A stretch of DNA of 64,000 nt from a virus (IMGVR_UViG_3300046804_003859:216-64215); one strand, 5' to 3'; counted from the stretch's first letter, positions 37,885-48,486 are shown. The notes: generated from the letters alone by a model not told the origin. Numbers and translations: made by a program.

Positions 37885-38883
37885 ATGTCCCTTTTCCTTG
37901 ACCAGAAGTATCTATCATTAATAAGTAACCGTCTACCTTTGTTTAAACGCAAAGACGACTTTCTTTACAATTGTCGTTGTATTATTTGTGGTGATTCAGT
38001 TAAAAAGCGTCATAAAGCTAGAGGGTATTTCTTTAAGTATAAAAATGAGCTAAGATACAAATGTCATAACTGTGATGCATCTATGTCATTTGGTGGTTTC
38101 TTAAAAACGTTCGATAGTAATTTACACACACAATACAGGTTAGAGAAATATTCAGAAGGTCATACACCACAGCAGACCCCTGAATTAGTTTTTGAAGAGC
38201 CTAAGTTCTTATCTAAAGATGAAAAGCTAATAGATAGATTATTAGATCGGTTAGATACTTTACCGGTAGATAATGAAGGTGTTCAGTTTTGTATTAAGAG
38301 ACAAATACCTAAAGATAAATTTAAACAAATATATTTTATAAACAATGTTAAAGATATTGTCCAACTTAATGATAAGTATAAAGAAAGCATCAAAGGTGAA
38401 GAACCCAGAATCGTACTACCATTTTTTGACGAAGCTGGGCAACTAACCGGGGTAACTTGTAGAGCATTAAGAGGTGAAGCTCTTCGATATATAACAGTAA
38501 AGATTAAAGATGAAGTACCACTTATCTTTGGTTTAAATGAACTTAATAAAGATAAACCAGTATATGTTGTAGAAGGCCCGCTAGATAGTTTATTTTTATC
38601 AAATAGTATTGCAGTAGCTGGTACTGCTTTAAGTAAAACATCTAACTTACTTAAAGATATAGTATTTGTATACGATAACCAGCCAAGAAATAAAGAACTT
38701 TGTAAGATAGTTGAGAAAAGTATTAACGCTGGTAATAAAATAGTTATCTGGCCTCAGCATATTGAAGAAAAAGATATAAATGATATGGTGATAGCTGGTC
38801 ATAACGTAAAGAAGATAATTGAGAATAATACCTGGCAGGGTCTATCTGCTAAGGCAAAATTTATTGCATGGAAGAGGTGTTGA
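37885..38883 (+). CDS. 61: DNA primase gp61
   Basis: NCRCIICGDS..KARGY..CHNC zinc finger; VVEGPLDSLF, YDNQPRN, KDINDM. Confidence 0.95.
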   Translation: MSLFLDQKYLSLISNRLPLFKRKDDFLYNCRCIICGDSVKKRHKARGYFFKYKNELRYKCHNCDASMSFGGFLKTFDSNLHTQYRLEKYSEGHTPQQTPELVFEEPKFLSKDEKLIDRLLDRLDTLPVDNEGVQFCIKRQIPKDKFKQIYFINNVKDIVQLNDKYKESIKGEEPRIVLPFFDEAGQLTGVTCRALRGEALRYITVKIKDEVPLIFGLNELNKDKPVYVVEGPLDSLFLSNSIAVAGTALSKTSNLLKDIVFVYDNQPRNKELCKIVEKSINAGNKIVIWPQHIEEKDINDMVIAGHNVKKIIENNTWQGLSAKAKFIAWKRC

Positions 38884-39554
38884 TGTACCAAGTACAACTT
38901 ATATCATATTCACAACCAGATGTTTATTTTGTTGAAAATACAACTGAGTTAGTAGCTTTTTGTGCACGAGTTTCTAACCCTTCTAATCAAATAAACGGAC
39001 ATACATCTGAAAAATTAATTAAATATCTCATTGAACATCAGCACTGGTCACCACTTGAAATGGTGAGTATGTGTTTAGAGATAGTGACAACTAGAGATAT
39101 AGCAAGACAGATTCTTAGACATAGAAGTTTTAGTTTTCAAGAATTTAGTCAGCGTTATGCTAACCCAGTACAAGAATTAGAGTTTGTTACTCGAGAAGCT
39201 AGACTACAAGACACCAAGAATCGTCAAAATAGTATTGAAGTAGATGATAACGAATTACAAGACTGGTGGCTTAAGCAGCAAGAGTCAGTTATCGAAAATG
39301 TAAAGAGCATATATAAGGAATCTATCGAGCGAGGCATAGCTAAAGAACAAGCTAGAGCCATCTTACCAGAGGGTTTAACACTCTCAAGACTTTATATGAA
39401 CGGAACGCTACGTTCCTGGATACATTATATACAGTTGCGATCTGCTAACGGCACACAAAAAGAACATATGCTAATTGCACGAGAATGTGCAAAGGTTATA
39501 GCATCCGTATTTCCACTTGCTAAGGATTTTATAGACAAAGATGTGGCTACTTAA
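38883..39554 (+). CDS. thyX: flavin-dependent thymidylate synthase
   Basis: HWSPLE, RQILRHRSFSFQEFSQRY. Confidence 0.95.
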   Translation: MYQVQLISYSQPDVYFVENTTELVAFCARVSNPSNQINGHTSEKLIKYLIEHQHWSPLEMVSMCLEIVTTRDIARQILRHRSFSFQEFSQRYANPVQELEFVTREARLQDTKNRQNSIEVDDNELQDWWLKQQESVIENVKSIYKESIERGIAKEQARAILPEGLTLSRLYMNGTLRSWIHYIQLRSANGTQKEHMLIARECAKVIASVFPLAKDFIDKDVAT

Positions 39555-40044
39555 CTTTCTTCCTGATTGGTTTTTTCATCTCATTACCCTTTTAGGTATG
39601 GGTGGTATTATAGCTAGTTTTTTCCTAGGTATGATACCGTTTATTAGTAAATATAAATTACCATTACAAATTATCTCTATTGTACTACTCATCGGTGGTA
39701 TCTATATGGAAGGTGCTATGAGTAATGAAGCTAAATGGCAGATGATGGTAAAAGAGATGGAAGTCAAAGTGAAGGAAGCAGAAATAAAGTCTATGGAAGC
39801 TAATCAAGCATTAGAAGCCACTATAGTAGAAAAAACAGTAGTAGTAAAAGAAAAAGGTAAAGCTCGCATTGAGTATATAAATCGTTTAGTAGAAGGTAGG
39901 ACAGTAGAGATTGTAAAAGATATGAGTGCAGAAGAAAAAGAAGCGTTCTTAAAGAAGCAAAAAGAGTTGCAAGATGCTTTACAAAACTGCCCTGTACCTA
40001 AAATAATTGTAGAAGAACATAACAAAGTAGTGGAGCAAAAATGA
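39541..40044 (+). CDS. i-spanin (Rz-like)
   Basis: N-terminal TM segments, coiled coil, C-terminal Cys; followed by lipoprotein. Confidence 0.7.
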   Translation: MWLLNFLPDWFFHLITLLGMGGIIASFFLGMIPFISKYKLPLQIISIVLLIGGIYMEGAMSNEAKWQMMVKEMEVKVKEAEIKSMEANQALEATIVEKTVVVKEKGKARIEYINRLVEGRTVEIVKDMSAEEKEAFLKKQKELQDALQNCPVPKIIVEEHNKVVEQK

Positions 40045-40307
40045 AAAAACTGTTACTATTAACTATCTTAATATTAGCTGGTTGCTCTACTCCAGTACCT
40101 ATTAAACCAAAGTTTCCAGCAGTACCCAAACCATTAACAGAAGCCTGTACTACTCTTAAAAAAATTGAAGGGGATCCGGTATCTATAGTGGATTTACACA
40201 AAGTAGTAGTAGAAAATTATACGTTATATTATGAGTGTGCAGTCAAGGTAGAAGGCTGGAACGAGTGGTATACAACGCAAAAGAAAATATACGAAGAAGT
40301 AAAATAA
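40041..40307 (+). CDS. o-spanin lipoprotein (Rz1-like)
   Basis: lipobox LAGC, Pro-rich, NY..Y..C. Confidence 0.8.
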   Translation: MKKLLLLTILILAGCSTPVPIKPKFPAVPKPLTEACTTLKKIEGDPVSIVDLHKVVVENYTLYYECAVKVEGWNEWYTTQKKIYEEVK

Positions 40308-40317
40308 TAGGAAGAAT

Positions 40318-42111
40318 ATGCCTCAGTATCTAGGTTTAGAGATCGACTATGGTCGAGATTCATTGTTTGACATTTTAGGTTTAAAGCGATTACAAGAATC
40401 GTACATGAAAGAAGACGAACAGTCACCACAGGAAAGATTCGCATATGTATCTAAAGCTTTTGGATCGAATCAAGAACATGCTCAGCGTTTATACACTTAT
40501 GCTTCTAAGCATTGGCTTAGTTATAGCACCCCGATTCTCTCATTTGGTAGATCCAGCCGTGGTCTACCTATCAGTTGTTTTCTTCCTTATCTTGATGACT
40601 CTGCAGAGGGCTTGGTAAGTACATTATCAGAAGTTAATTGGTTATCTATGTTAGGAGGTGGTGTTGGAATTGGTCTGGGTATTCGTTCTGCTGACGATAA
40701 GTCAGTTGGCATTATGCCTCACTTACGTACATATGATGCGTCTTCCTTGGCGTACAGACAGGGTCGTACAAGGCGTGGTTCTTATGCTGCTTACCTTGAT
40801 ATCAGTCATCCTGATATTATGTTATTCCTGGAAATGAGAAAGCCTACTGGCGATCCTAACATGCGTACTCTTAATCTGCATCACGGGATTAATATACCTG
40901 ATAAGTTTATGCAGTTAATCGAAAAGAGTATGCAGGATAAAGAAGCAGACGATTCATGGGAATTAATAGATCCGCATAATGGAGAAGTTAAAGAAGTAGT
41001 ATCTGCTAAAGAGTTATGGCAAAGAGTTTTAGATATAAGGATGCAGACAGGTGAGCCTTATTTACATTTTATTGATACTTCTAATCGCAATATGCCTGAT
41101 TTTCAGAAACGGCTCGGGTTAAGTATTAAACAATCTAACTTATGTAGTGAAATTATATTACCAACAGATAAACAGCGTACAGCAGTTTGTTGTTTATCAT
41201 CAGTGAATTTGGAGTATTACGATGATTGGAAAAATGATAAACTTTTTCTACGGGACGTCGCAGAGATGTTGGATAACGTACTTCAGTACTTTATCGACAA
41301 TGCTCCTGACGCTATTAGCCGGGCCAAGTACTCTGCTAGTCAAGAGCGTAGCATTGGTGTGGGCGCTCTTGGTTTTCATGCTTATTTACAAAGAAACAAT
41401 ATTGCCTTTGAGAGTCCTATGGCAGTCGGACGCAACAAACAAATCTTTAAACACATTAGAGAAAAACTAGATGAAGCTAACCTACAGCTGGGTTCTGAAA
41501 GAGGTGAAGCACGCGATACAGTGGGCACCGGTCGGCGCTTTTCTCACCTTATGGCTATTGCACCCAATGCCTCTAGTAGTATTATTATGGGTAATACCAG
41601 TCCTAGTATTGAACCATATCGTGCAAACGCTTATAGACAAGATACCCTCTCAGGTGCACACTTAAACAAGAATAAGTACCTAGATAATATTATTAAAGAG
41701 AAATGCGAGGCTGACTCAAAGCTTGATTATAATGAGATTTGGTCGAGTATTATTGCTAATGATGGTTCAGTGCAACACCTTGATATTATCGATGATTGGA
41801 CTAAAGATGTATTTAAAACATCTATGGAAATCGATCAAAGATGGGTTGTTGAGCATGCAGCTGATAGACAGCATTTTATCGATCAAGCACAATCACTTAA
41901 CCTTTTCTTTAGACCAGATGTAAATGTAAAATACTTACATGCAGTTCATTTCATGGCATGGAAGTTAGGTTTAAAAACACTTTACTACTGCAGATCAGAA
42001 AAGATTGGTAAAGCAGATAAAGTAGCTAGAAAAATTGAAAGACAAGCAATCCAAGAGATTGATTTAAAGGCATTAACCGAAGGTGATGCATGTTTAGCGT
42101 GTGAGGGATAA
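40318..42111 (+). CDS. nrdA: ribonucleotide reductase class Ia alpha subunit (no ATP cone)
   Basis: PISCF, QSNLCSEI, AIAPNASSS, KTLYY, CLACEG. Confidence 0.95.
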   Translation: MPQYLGLEIDYGRDSLFDILGLKRLQESYMKEDEQSPQERFAYVSKAFGSNQEHAQRLYTYASKHWLSYSTPILSFGRSSRGLPISCFLPYLDDSAEGLVSTLSEVNWLSMLGGGVGIGLGIRSADDKSVGIMPHLRTYDASSLAYRQGRTRRGSYAAYLDISHPDIMLFLEMRKPTGDPNMRTLNLHHGINIPDKFMQLIEKSMQDKEADDSWELIDPHNGEVKEVVSAKELWQRVLDIRMQTGEPYLHFIDTSNRNMPDFQKRLGLSIKQSNLCSEIILPTDKQRTAVCCLSSVNLEYYDDWKNDKLFLRDVAEMLDNVLQYFIDNAPDAISRAKYSASQERSIGVGALGFHAYLQRNNIAFESPMAVGRNKQIFKHIREKLDEANLQLGSERGEARDTVGTGRRFSHLMAIAPNASSSIIMGNTSPSIEPYRANAYRQDTLSGAHLNKNKYLDNIIKEKCEADSKLDYNEIWSSIIANDGSVQHLDIIDDWTKDVFKTSMEIDQRWVVEHAADRQHFIDQAQSLNLFFRPDVNVKYLHAVHFMAWKLGLKTLYYCRSEKIGKADKVARKIERQAIQEIDLKALTEGDACLACEG

Positions 42112-42112
42112 T

Positions 42113-42253
42113 ATGGCAAAGCAAAGACAAGATTTAACTAAATTATCACGTAAATCAGTTCACAAAAGAACTAACCAAGGTGGTCATGTTAAAACATCTA
42201 GTATGAATAAATCTGCTAGACGTTCGTTTAAAAAAGATAGAGGGCAAGGCTAG
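42113..42253 (+). CDS. small basic protein (46 aa, not in ORF track)
   Basis: MAKQRQ...KTSSMNKSARRSFKKDRGQG; ending typical of T4-like small basic proteins. Confidence 0.6.
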   Translation: MAKQRQDLTKLSRKSVHKRTNQGGHVKTSSMNKSARRSFKKDRGQG

Positions 42254-42444
42254 TGCCTAGGATAAAACGCCCAGTTGTTCGACATTTTAGTAAGCGTAGA
42301 TGGTCCTTTAAAGGATTGAGAAGTCGATATTTTTGGAAGCAGCGACTTGTAAAAAATCTTAAACATATAAGAAATTTTCATTTTTACCATACTAAACTTT
42401 CTAATAAGTTTTGGTGTGCAATCCATAAAGAAATTAAGAGTTAA
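42253..42444 (+). CDS. basic hypothetical protein
   Basis: ORF fills the gap to erpA. Confidence 0.4.
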   Translation: MPRIKRPVVRHFSKRRWSFKGLRSRYFWKQRLVKNLKHIRNFHFYHTKLSNKFWCAIHKEIKS

Positions 42445-42771
42445 ATGCTTAACATTTCAGATTCAGCTACAAAAAAAATTAAAGAAGTCATTGACGAGGA
42501 AGGTAACGAGGATCTTAAGTTACGTATCTTCGTTCAGGGTGGAGGTTGTTCTGGGTTTCAGTATGGCTTTACTTTAGATGAAAAAGCAGAAGAAGATGAT
42601 TTTTCTTTTGAGAAAAACGGAGTACAAGTTCTAGTAGACCCTATGAGTATGCAGTATTTACAAGAAGCAGAAATAGATTATGAGAAGACGTTGACCTCGG
42701 CAGAATTCAAAATTAAAAATCCAAACGTAACAGCTACTTGTGGCTGTGGGTCAAGTTTTACAGTTAACTAA
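42445..42771 (+). CDS. erpA: Fe-S cluster insertion protein ErpA/HesB
   Basis: [31 protein letters not shown]. Confidence 0.93.
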   Translation: MLNISDSATKKIKEVIDEEGNEDLKLRIFVQGGGCSGFQYGFTLDEKAEEDDFSFEKNGVQVLVDPMSMQYLQEAEIDYEKTLTSAEFKIKNPNVTATCGCGSSFTVN

Positions 42772-42779
42772 GGAAAGCA

Positions 42780-43025
42780 ATGAAGAAGGTAATGCGATTT
42801 ACAGCATCGTGGTGTGGTCCCTGCAAGATGCTTGAAAAGACTTTACAAGAGGTAAATTTAGGTGTACCTATAGAAGTAATTGATATTGATAATGATCCAA
42901 CTTTAGCTACAGAGTTTAAAGTTAGAGGTGTCCCGACTCTTGTATTAGTAGAAGATAATATCGAGAAAAAAAGACTAGTAGGTAATAAAACAAAACAAGA
43001 ATTAGAGGCGTTTGTAAATGATTAA
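42780..43025 (+). CDS. thioredoxin
   Basis: ASWCGPCK, VRGVPTL. Confidence 0.92.
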   Translation: MKKVMRFTASWCGPCKMLEKTLQEVNLGVPIEVIDIDNDPTLATEFKVRGVPTLVLVEDNIEKKRLVGNKTKQELEAFVND

Positions 43026-44010
43026 AAAACAAAGTACAAGTTTAACAGACGATAGAAACTCATTTAAACCTTTTTACTACCCATGGGCATTCGATGCCTG
43101 GTTAAAGCACGAACAAAGTCATTGGCTGCATACCGAAGTACCGATGCTAGAGGATGTTAAAGACTGGAAGAAAAAGTTAACAGTAGAAGAAAAACAATTT
43201 CTAACTCACATCTTTAGATTCTTTACTCAAGGAGATATTGATGTAGCAGGTGGATATGTAAAGAACTATCTACCATACTTCCCGCAACCAGAAGTTAGAA
43301 TGATGTTGTTAGGTTTTGCAGCAAGAGAAGCATTACACATTGCTGCTTACTCGCACCTAATTGAAACATTAGGTATGCCTGAAACCACCTATTCGGAGTT
43401 TTTAGAGTATGAAGAAATGCGTGCTAAACACGATTACGTTCTTGGTCTTAGCTCACAGAATGGCGATCGCGCTTCTACTGCTGCTCATATTGCAGTATTC
43501 AGTGCTTTCACCGAAGGGATGCAACTATTCAGTTCCTTTATCATGCTACTTAACTTCCCTCGCCATGGTAAAATGAAAGGCATGGGTCAGATTGTGACTT
43601 GGTCTATTGTGGATGAAACACAGCATGCAGAGTCGATGATTAAACTATTCCGTACCTACATAGAAGAAAATAGGGAGATATGGAATGACGATCTTAAGTC
43701 AAGAATTTATACCATTGCTGAAAAAATGGTTGAACTCGAAGATAAGTTTATTGATCTGGCATTTTCTATGGGTGGGATGCCTGATCTATCTGCTGATGAC
43801 GTCAAATCATACATACGCTACATTGCTGATCGCAGGCTCATATCTCTTGGCCTTAAGGGTATTTTTAAAGTCAAGAAGAACCCGCTACCATGGGTGGAAG
43901 AGATGATCAATGCACCTACCCATACTAACTTCTTTGAAAATAGAGCAACTGATTATGCTAAAGGAGCATTAAGTGGAGACTGGACAGACGTCTGGGGAAA
44001 AGCAGCCTGA
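43018..44010 (+). CDS. nrdB: ribonucleotide reductase beta subunit
   Basis: FFTQGD, EALHIAAY, EGMQLFSSF, DETQH, NFFENRATDY. Confidence 0.95.
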   Translation: MIKKQSTSLTDDRNSFKPFYYPWAFDAWLKHEQSHWLHTEVPMLEDVKDWKKKLTVEEKQFLTHIFRFFTQGDIDVAGGYVKNYLPYFPQPEVRMMLLGFAAREALHIAAYSHLIETLGMPETTYSEFLEYEEMRAKHDYVLGLSSQNGDRASTAAHIAVFSAFTEGMQLFSSFIMLLNFPRHGKMKGMGQIVTWSIVDETQHAESMIKLFRTYIEENREIWNDDLKSRIYTIAEKMVELEDKFIDLAFSMGGMPDLSADDVKSYIRYIADRRLISLGLKGIFKVKKNPLPWVEEMINAPTHTNFFENRATDYAKGALSGDWTDVWGKAA

Positions 44011-44164
44011 TTACGCTAAAGAAAGATATGACTTTTGTATGACGTGTACTGAATTTAACGAGTCATTAAAAATTTGTAAGCAATGTTATTGTTGGATGCC
44101 TGGTAAAACTAAACTTAAGTCAGCAAAGTGTCCATTAGGGTTTTGGGGTCCGGTGAATGAATAA
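43973..44164 (+). CDS. small Cys-rich protein
   Basis: CMTC..CKQCYCWM..KCPLGFW. Confidence 0.6.
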   Translation: METGQTSGEKQPDYAKERYDFCMTCTEFNESLKICKQCYCWMPGKTKLKSAKCPLGFWGPVNE

Positions 44165-44594
44165 TAAAATGATTCAAGCTCATATGAAGGTAGCAGAAGT
44201 TTATTCTAAACTATCCCATGCAAAGAGACTACAGGTAGGTGCTATCGTTGTAAAAGATAATCGAGTTATAAGTATCGGTTACAACGGTACGCCTGCTGGT
44301 TGGGATAACGTATGTGAAGAAGTAATTGTACGATATGAGAACGGTAAAGAGGAAACTAAAACTAAGCCAGAAGTAATTCATGCAGAAGCTAATGCTATAG
44401 CTAAGCTTGCTCGCTCTAATGAATCTGGTGAAGAGGCAGATTTATTTCTTACTCATGCACCTTGTATGGAATGCAGTAAGTTAATTTTTACCTCTGGTAT
44501 AAAAAACGTTTATTATAAAAACAAATACAGAGATGATTCAGGGTTACAATTTTTACACCAGTGTGGTGTCAACGTTTATAAGGTAGATGAATGA
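44157..44594 (+). CDS. cd: dCMP deaminase
   Basis: GYNGTP, HAEANAI, PCMEC. Confidence 0.93.
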   Translation: MNNKMIQAHMKVAEVYSKLSHAKRLQVGAIVVKDNRVISIGYNGTPAGWDNVCEEVIVRYENGKEETKTKPEVIHAEANAIAKLARSNESGEEADLFLTHAPCMECSKLIFTSGIKNVYYKNKYRDDSGLQFLHQCGVNVYKVDE

Positions 44595-44737
44595 AGCAGT
44601 ACGAATGCTATCATTGTGACGCAATCTTTAAGATAAAACACAGTTTACAAGATGAAACTTATCAAGTTTACTTTTGTCCGTTTTGCGGTGGTGATATAGA
44701 GGAAGAAGAAGACGAGGATATGGATTACGACGAATGA
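44591..44737 (+). CDS. small zinc-ribbon protein (48 aa, not in ORF track)
   Basis: YECYHCDA...FCPFCGG, acidic tail; ATGA overlaps on both sides. Confidence 0.7.
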   Translation: MKQYECYHCDAIFKIKHSLQDETYQVYFCPFCGGDIEEEEDEDMDYDE

Positions 44738-45129
44738 CATGGACTTACAATAATGAGCCTTATCTAGACCCTGGAGAATATTATGGTTTCGTATACATCA
44801 TCACAAATCTGTTATCTGGTAAGCAATACATCGGTAAGAAATTTTTCTGGACAACAAAACGTAAACAAGTTAACAAAGTCCGTAAAAGAATTAAAGTCGA
44901 ATCCGACTGGAAAGAATATTGGAGTTCTTCTGACGAAGTCAAGGCAGATGTAGAACAATTCGGTCCAGAAAACTTTAAACGAGAAATAATTTACTTATGT
45001 AAAAACAAAGGTACAGTTAATTACTTAGAAGCGAAAGAGCAATTTACCAGAAGTGTTTTAGAAAACCGGGATAAGTGGTATAATTCGTGGATAATGGTTA
45101 AGGTGAGTAGATCACACATTAAATTATGA
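44734..45129 (+). CDS. GIY-YIG endonuclease (catalytic domain only)
   Basis: GFVYIITN..YIGKK, YWSSS, FKREI, E..WYN. Confidence 0.85.
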   Translation: MTWTYNNEPYLDPGEYYGFVYIITNLLSGKQYIGKKFFWTTKRKQVNKVRKRIKVESDWKEYWSSSDEVKADVEQFGPENFKREIIYLCKNKGTVNYLEAKEQFTRSVLENRDKWYNSWIMVKVSRSHIKL

Positions 45130-46058
45130 TTATTATTATTGTAACCTTTTTGACCGCGCTAGCCTTATCGGTTATCGCGGCTTATTTTTCTGTGATAGGT
45201 TTAATGGCAATATTTGCTGCAGCTGCGGTACCTATTGCTGTAATGGGAGCAGCTCTTGAAGCGGCAAAAGTAGTTGCTGCATCCTGGACATATCGTAATT
45301 GGAAAACCGCTCCTAAGGTGCTGAAGTATTACTTAGTAGTTTCAGTTGTAATACTTTCTCTTATAACTTCGATGGGTATATTTGGTTACTTATCGAAAGC
45401 TCATTTAGATCAATCCTTACCCTCTAATGATGTCTTAGCTAAGGTAGCTTTATTAGATGAAAAGATTAAAATCGAAAAAGACAACATTGAAACTAACCGT
45501 AAGGCACTTAAACAGTTTGACGAGGCAGTGGATCAGATTATGGCACGCTCGGAAGACTCGAAGGGAGCTGAGCGTGCAGTCTCGTTACGACGTTCCCAGC
45601 AGAAAGAACGTATCAGGTTGGTTCAAGAAATCGACGCGTCTAATAAAGTCCTCAAAAAGTTGTCGGATGAGAGAGCACCAATTGCTGCGGAGTTACGCAA
45701 ATTGGAGGTTGAGGTCGGGCCGTTAAAATATATTGCTGCATTCTTTTATGGAGATAATCCTAATACTAATGACTTAGAGAGAGCAGTAAGATGGGTAATC
45801 ATTACGTTAATATTTGTATTTGATCCTCTAGCTATTCTACTCCTTATTAGTGCTAATATGTCACTAGTACAATATAAAGAAAAAGACAAGAAGTTACGAC
45901 CTGATAGCTCAGGTACTTTTAGTGACTTCAGTAACCTTAAGTCTGAATGGGACGAATCCCTTAAAGAAAGAGTTACAGAAGATAGTACTGTGAAAGTAGA
46001 TAGATCACGCATTCACGAAATACCTAAAGAAATAATGGATAAAGTGTTTCGTAGATAA
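45126..46058 (+). CDS. membrane protein with coiled coil
   Basis: three N-terminal TMs, TSMGIFGYLSKAH, EVGPLKYIA, FVFDPLAILL. Confidence 0.75.
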   Translation: MIIIIVTFLTALALSVIAAYFSVIGLMAIFAAAAVPIAVMGAALEAAKVVAASWTYRNWKTAPKVLKYYLVVSVVILSLITSMGIFGYLSKAHLDQSLPSNDVLAKVALLDEKIKIEKDNIETNRKALKQFDEAVDQIMARSEDSKGAERAVSLRRSQQKERIRLVQEIDASNKVLKKLSDERAPIAAELRKLEVEVGPLKYIAAFFYGDNPNTNDLERAVRWVIITLIFVFDPLAILLLISANMSLVQYKEKDKKLRPDSSGTFSDFSNLKSEWDESLKERVTEDSTVKVDRSRIHEIPKEIMDKVFRR

Positions 46059-46059
46059 T

Positions 46060-46088
46060 TTGCATTGTCATCGGTATTATCATATAAT
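46060..46088 (+). promoter_or_regulatory. sigma70-like promoter
   Basis: TTGCAT-17nt-TATAAT. Confidence 0.55.
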
Positions 46089-46286
46089 AATACTATGATA
46101 CTAATTCATCCAGATTACAGGCATTGTTACTTCGAGGGTTGGGATTCTCGAATGAGCGACTTGTATGTAAATCCTTATATTATGGATTTCGAGACGGACA
46201 AGTATCATGCATGGAAACATGGATGGGAAGATTGTGATATAGAACTTCAAAGTGACGAGGATAATAATGGTATCGACCATGTATAG
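46065..46286 (+). CDS. hypothetical protein (start probably downstream of the promoter)
   Basis: YFEGW..NPY..AWKHGWED motif. Confidence 0.55.
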   Translation: MSSVLSYNNTMILIHPDYRHCYFEGWDSRMSDLYVNPYIMDFETDKYHAWKHGWEDCDIELQSDEDNNGIDHV

Positions 46287-46557
46287 TACTTGGGATGAAA
46301 AAGAGCAAAAAATATTTCGTGACTGGATTAAAAGCCATCTGAAGATGGGTCCAGTAACAGTAACCTTTAGTAAGAAAAATGGTACGGAGCGTACTATGGT
46401 ATGTACTCTTAAAGAAGAAGATGTAAAATATCATGAGAAGAAAACTGATAGAGTTAAAGAAGTAAGCGAAGATGTATGCCCTGTATTTGATGTAGAGAAA
46501 CAAGAATGGCGCTCGTTTAGATATGATTCTCTAAAGGAGGTGCGCTTTGACATCTAA
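46279..46557 (+). CDS. WYL_2/SH3-like beta-barrel protein
   Basis: VTVTFSKKNGTERTMVCTL; VFDVEKQEWRSFRYD. Confidence 0.8.
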   Translation: MYSTWDEKEQKIFRDWIKSHLKMGPVTVTFSKKNGTERTMVCTLKEEDVKYHEKKTDRVKEVSEDVCPVFDVEKQEWRSFRYDSLKEVRFDI

Positions 46558-47605
46558 AGAACCTAAAGTTAGTAATCTATCAGAAGATTATACTTCTCAG
46601 CTTGCGCATGCTTTCTCGTTCTATAACATGAACTGTGATAAGAAAGATGCGCGGGTATACATGCGTAACTATCTTAAGAATGAAGATAAGACCGGTCAAT
46701 CTTTAAAAAAGTTTGACGATGTACCTGATACACATTTTGTAAATACCTATGGTTGGTTAGCACGAGTTGTATCTAATGGTGGTTCATTAAGAACCGATCA
46801 CTTAGATAATTTTAACAAGTATGTATCTAGCATGCTTCAAGTTAATCATCCTAAGAAACAGATTGTGGTAGATACCCCTCGTCCTTCAGTACAAGATTAT
46901 ATGAAGGAGAAGGCTAAGGAATACATAGGTGAACTGGAAGGTGTCATTGATGAAGTTTTAAAGTCGGGTAGTGACTTTAGTTTATATAATGATCTTAAGC
47001 AGAAGCAGATACCTAAACCGTATTGTGCAGATATTCAAGAGTGGGTAACTGATAAGATTAAAGAGTACGTCTCTGTATATGACTCTACTGATTCCGATAT
47101 TAAAGAGGGATACTCTAATATCGGTAAACGTAAGCTAATGTCTTTAGTAAAAATGCTTCAACAGTTTGAAGAAGATCTGCAAAAGTATTCTGACTTCAAA
47201 AAAGCTAATCGTAAACCTAGAGTTAAGAAAGCAAAACCAGCATCTGTTCAAGTAGCGAAGATGAAGTATAAGAAAGAAGATACGGAAGCAAGAGTAACTT
47301 CTATTCATCCTGCTGAGATGGTTGGTGCTTCACAAGTATGGGTATATAATTCAAAGTATAAGAAATTAGCTGTTTACAGAACTGATTCTTCTTTAGGCAT
47401 TCAGGTTAAGGGGTCTACGTTACAGAATTATGACCCTGAGTTGTGTGAGCAGAAGGTAGTACGTAGACCTGAAGCTTTTCTTCCTATAATATTAGACGCA
47501 TCTAAAGTTAAGTTGCGTAAGATTATGGATGAGCTGACTACTAAAGGTTCAGATGTTAACGGTCGTATAAACGAAGAATGTATAATACTGAGAGCAATTA
47601 AGTGA
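46547..47605 (+). CDS. conserved T4-like hypothetical protein
   Basis: VGASQVWVYNSKYKKL, VKGSTLQ, NGRINEECIILR; usual neighbour of rnh. Confidence 0.75.
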   Translation: MTSKEPKVSNLSEDYTSQLAHAFSFYNMNCDKKDARVYMRNYLKNEDKTGQSLKKFDDVPDTHFVNTYGWLARVVSNGGSLRTDHLDNFNKYVSSMLQVNHPKKQIVVDTPRPSVQDYMKEKAKEYIGELEGVIDEVLKSGSDFSLYNDLKQKQIPKPYCADIQEWVTDKIKEYVSVYDSTDSDIKEGYSNIGKRKLMSLVKMLQQFEEDLQKYSDFKKANRKPRVKKAKPASVQVAKMKYKKEDTEARVTSIHPAEMVGASQVWVYNSKYKKLAVYRTDSSLGIQVKGSTLQNYDPELCEQKVVRRPEAFLPIILDASKVKLRKIMDELTTKGSDVNGRINEECIILRAIK

Positions 47606-48486
47606 TCGTTATTGATTATAGTCAGACTATTATCTCCAGCCTTATGGCGGAGATAGGTAGCCGTACAGATGTTCCTATCGAAGTTAATCTTCTACGACAT
47701 ATGGTAATTAATACCATTCGTAGTCATAAGACTAAGTTTGGTAGAGACTATGGTGAGATAGTTTTAGCGTGTGATAGTAAGAAATACTGGCGTAAAGAAG
47801 TATTTCCTTACTATAAAGCTAATCGTAAAAAAGCTAGAGAAGAATCTGGCTTTGATTGGCCACTTATCTTTGATACTATTAATCTTTTAAAGGAAGAGAT
47901 TAAAGCTGTCTTCCCTTATAAGGTTATAGAAGTAGAAGGTGCTGAAGCTGATGATGTTATTGCTACTCTAGCTGAGTGGTCTCAAAGTAACAACTTAATT
48001 CAAGAAGGTCTTTTAGAGAAGCCTGAACCGTTCTTAATTATCTCTGGAGATCATGATTTTATTCAGTTACAGAAGTATAGTAACGTAAAACAGTTCTCTC
48101 CAGTACAGAAAAAATTAATTAAACCTGAGTCTTCACCACAGAAGTATGTTATTGAGCATATTATTAGAGGAGATAAAGGTGACGGTGTACCTAACGTATT
48201 ATCTAGTGATGATAGTATAGTAAGCGGTGAGCGTCAAAAGAAAATCATGCAGAAGAAGCTGGATGAGTGGATTGACAATCCAGATAAAATGCCTAAGGAT
48301 GAAATCTTTAGACGTAATTATGACCGTAATAAGATGTTAGTAGATCTTTCATCTATACCTCAGCCTTTGAAGGAAAGTATTATAAATACCTTTGAGACTG
48401 CTGCGGTAGGTAACCGTAGTAAAATTTTAGATTATTTTGTCATCAATAGAATGAAAATGATGATGGAGTTTATAGGAGATTTTTAA
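47602..48486 (+). CDS. rnh: T4-type RNase H (5'-3' exonuclease)
   Basis: YWRKEVFPYYKANRK, EADDVIA, SGDHDFIQL, GDKGDGVPN. Confidence 0.95.
   Translation: MIVIDYSQTIISSLMAEIGSRTDVPIEVNLLRHMVINTIRSHKTKFGRDYGEIVLACDSKKYWRKEVFPYYKANRKKAREESGFDWPLIFDTINLLKEEIKAVFPYKVIEVEGAEADDVIATLAEWSQSNNLIQEGLLEKPEPFLIISGDHDFIQLQKYSNVKQFSPVQKKLIKPESSPQKYVIEHIIRGDKGDGVPNVLSSDDSIVSGERQKKIMQKKLDEWIDNPDKMPKDEIFRRNYDRNKMLVDLSSIPQPLKESIINTFETAAVGNRSKILDYFVINRMKMMMEFIGDF
48381..48388 (+). promoter_or_regulatory. T4-type late promoter TATAAATA
   Basis: exact consensus about 100 nt upstream of the 48486 ORF. Confidence 0.5.

Noticed and set aside
44734-45129. GIY-YIG gene as an intron-borne homing endonuclease
   Set aside because: It is free-standing with only the catalytic domain. 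nrdA, nrdB, thyX and gp43 appear uninterrupted, with no intron or intein seen.
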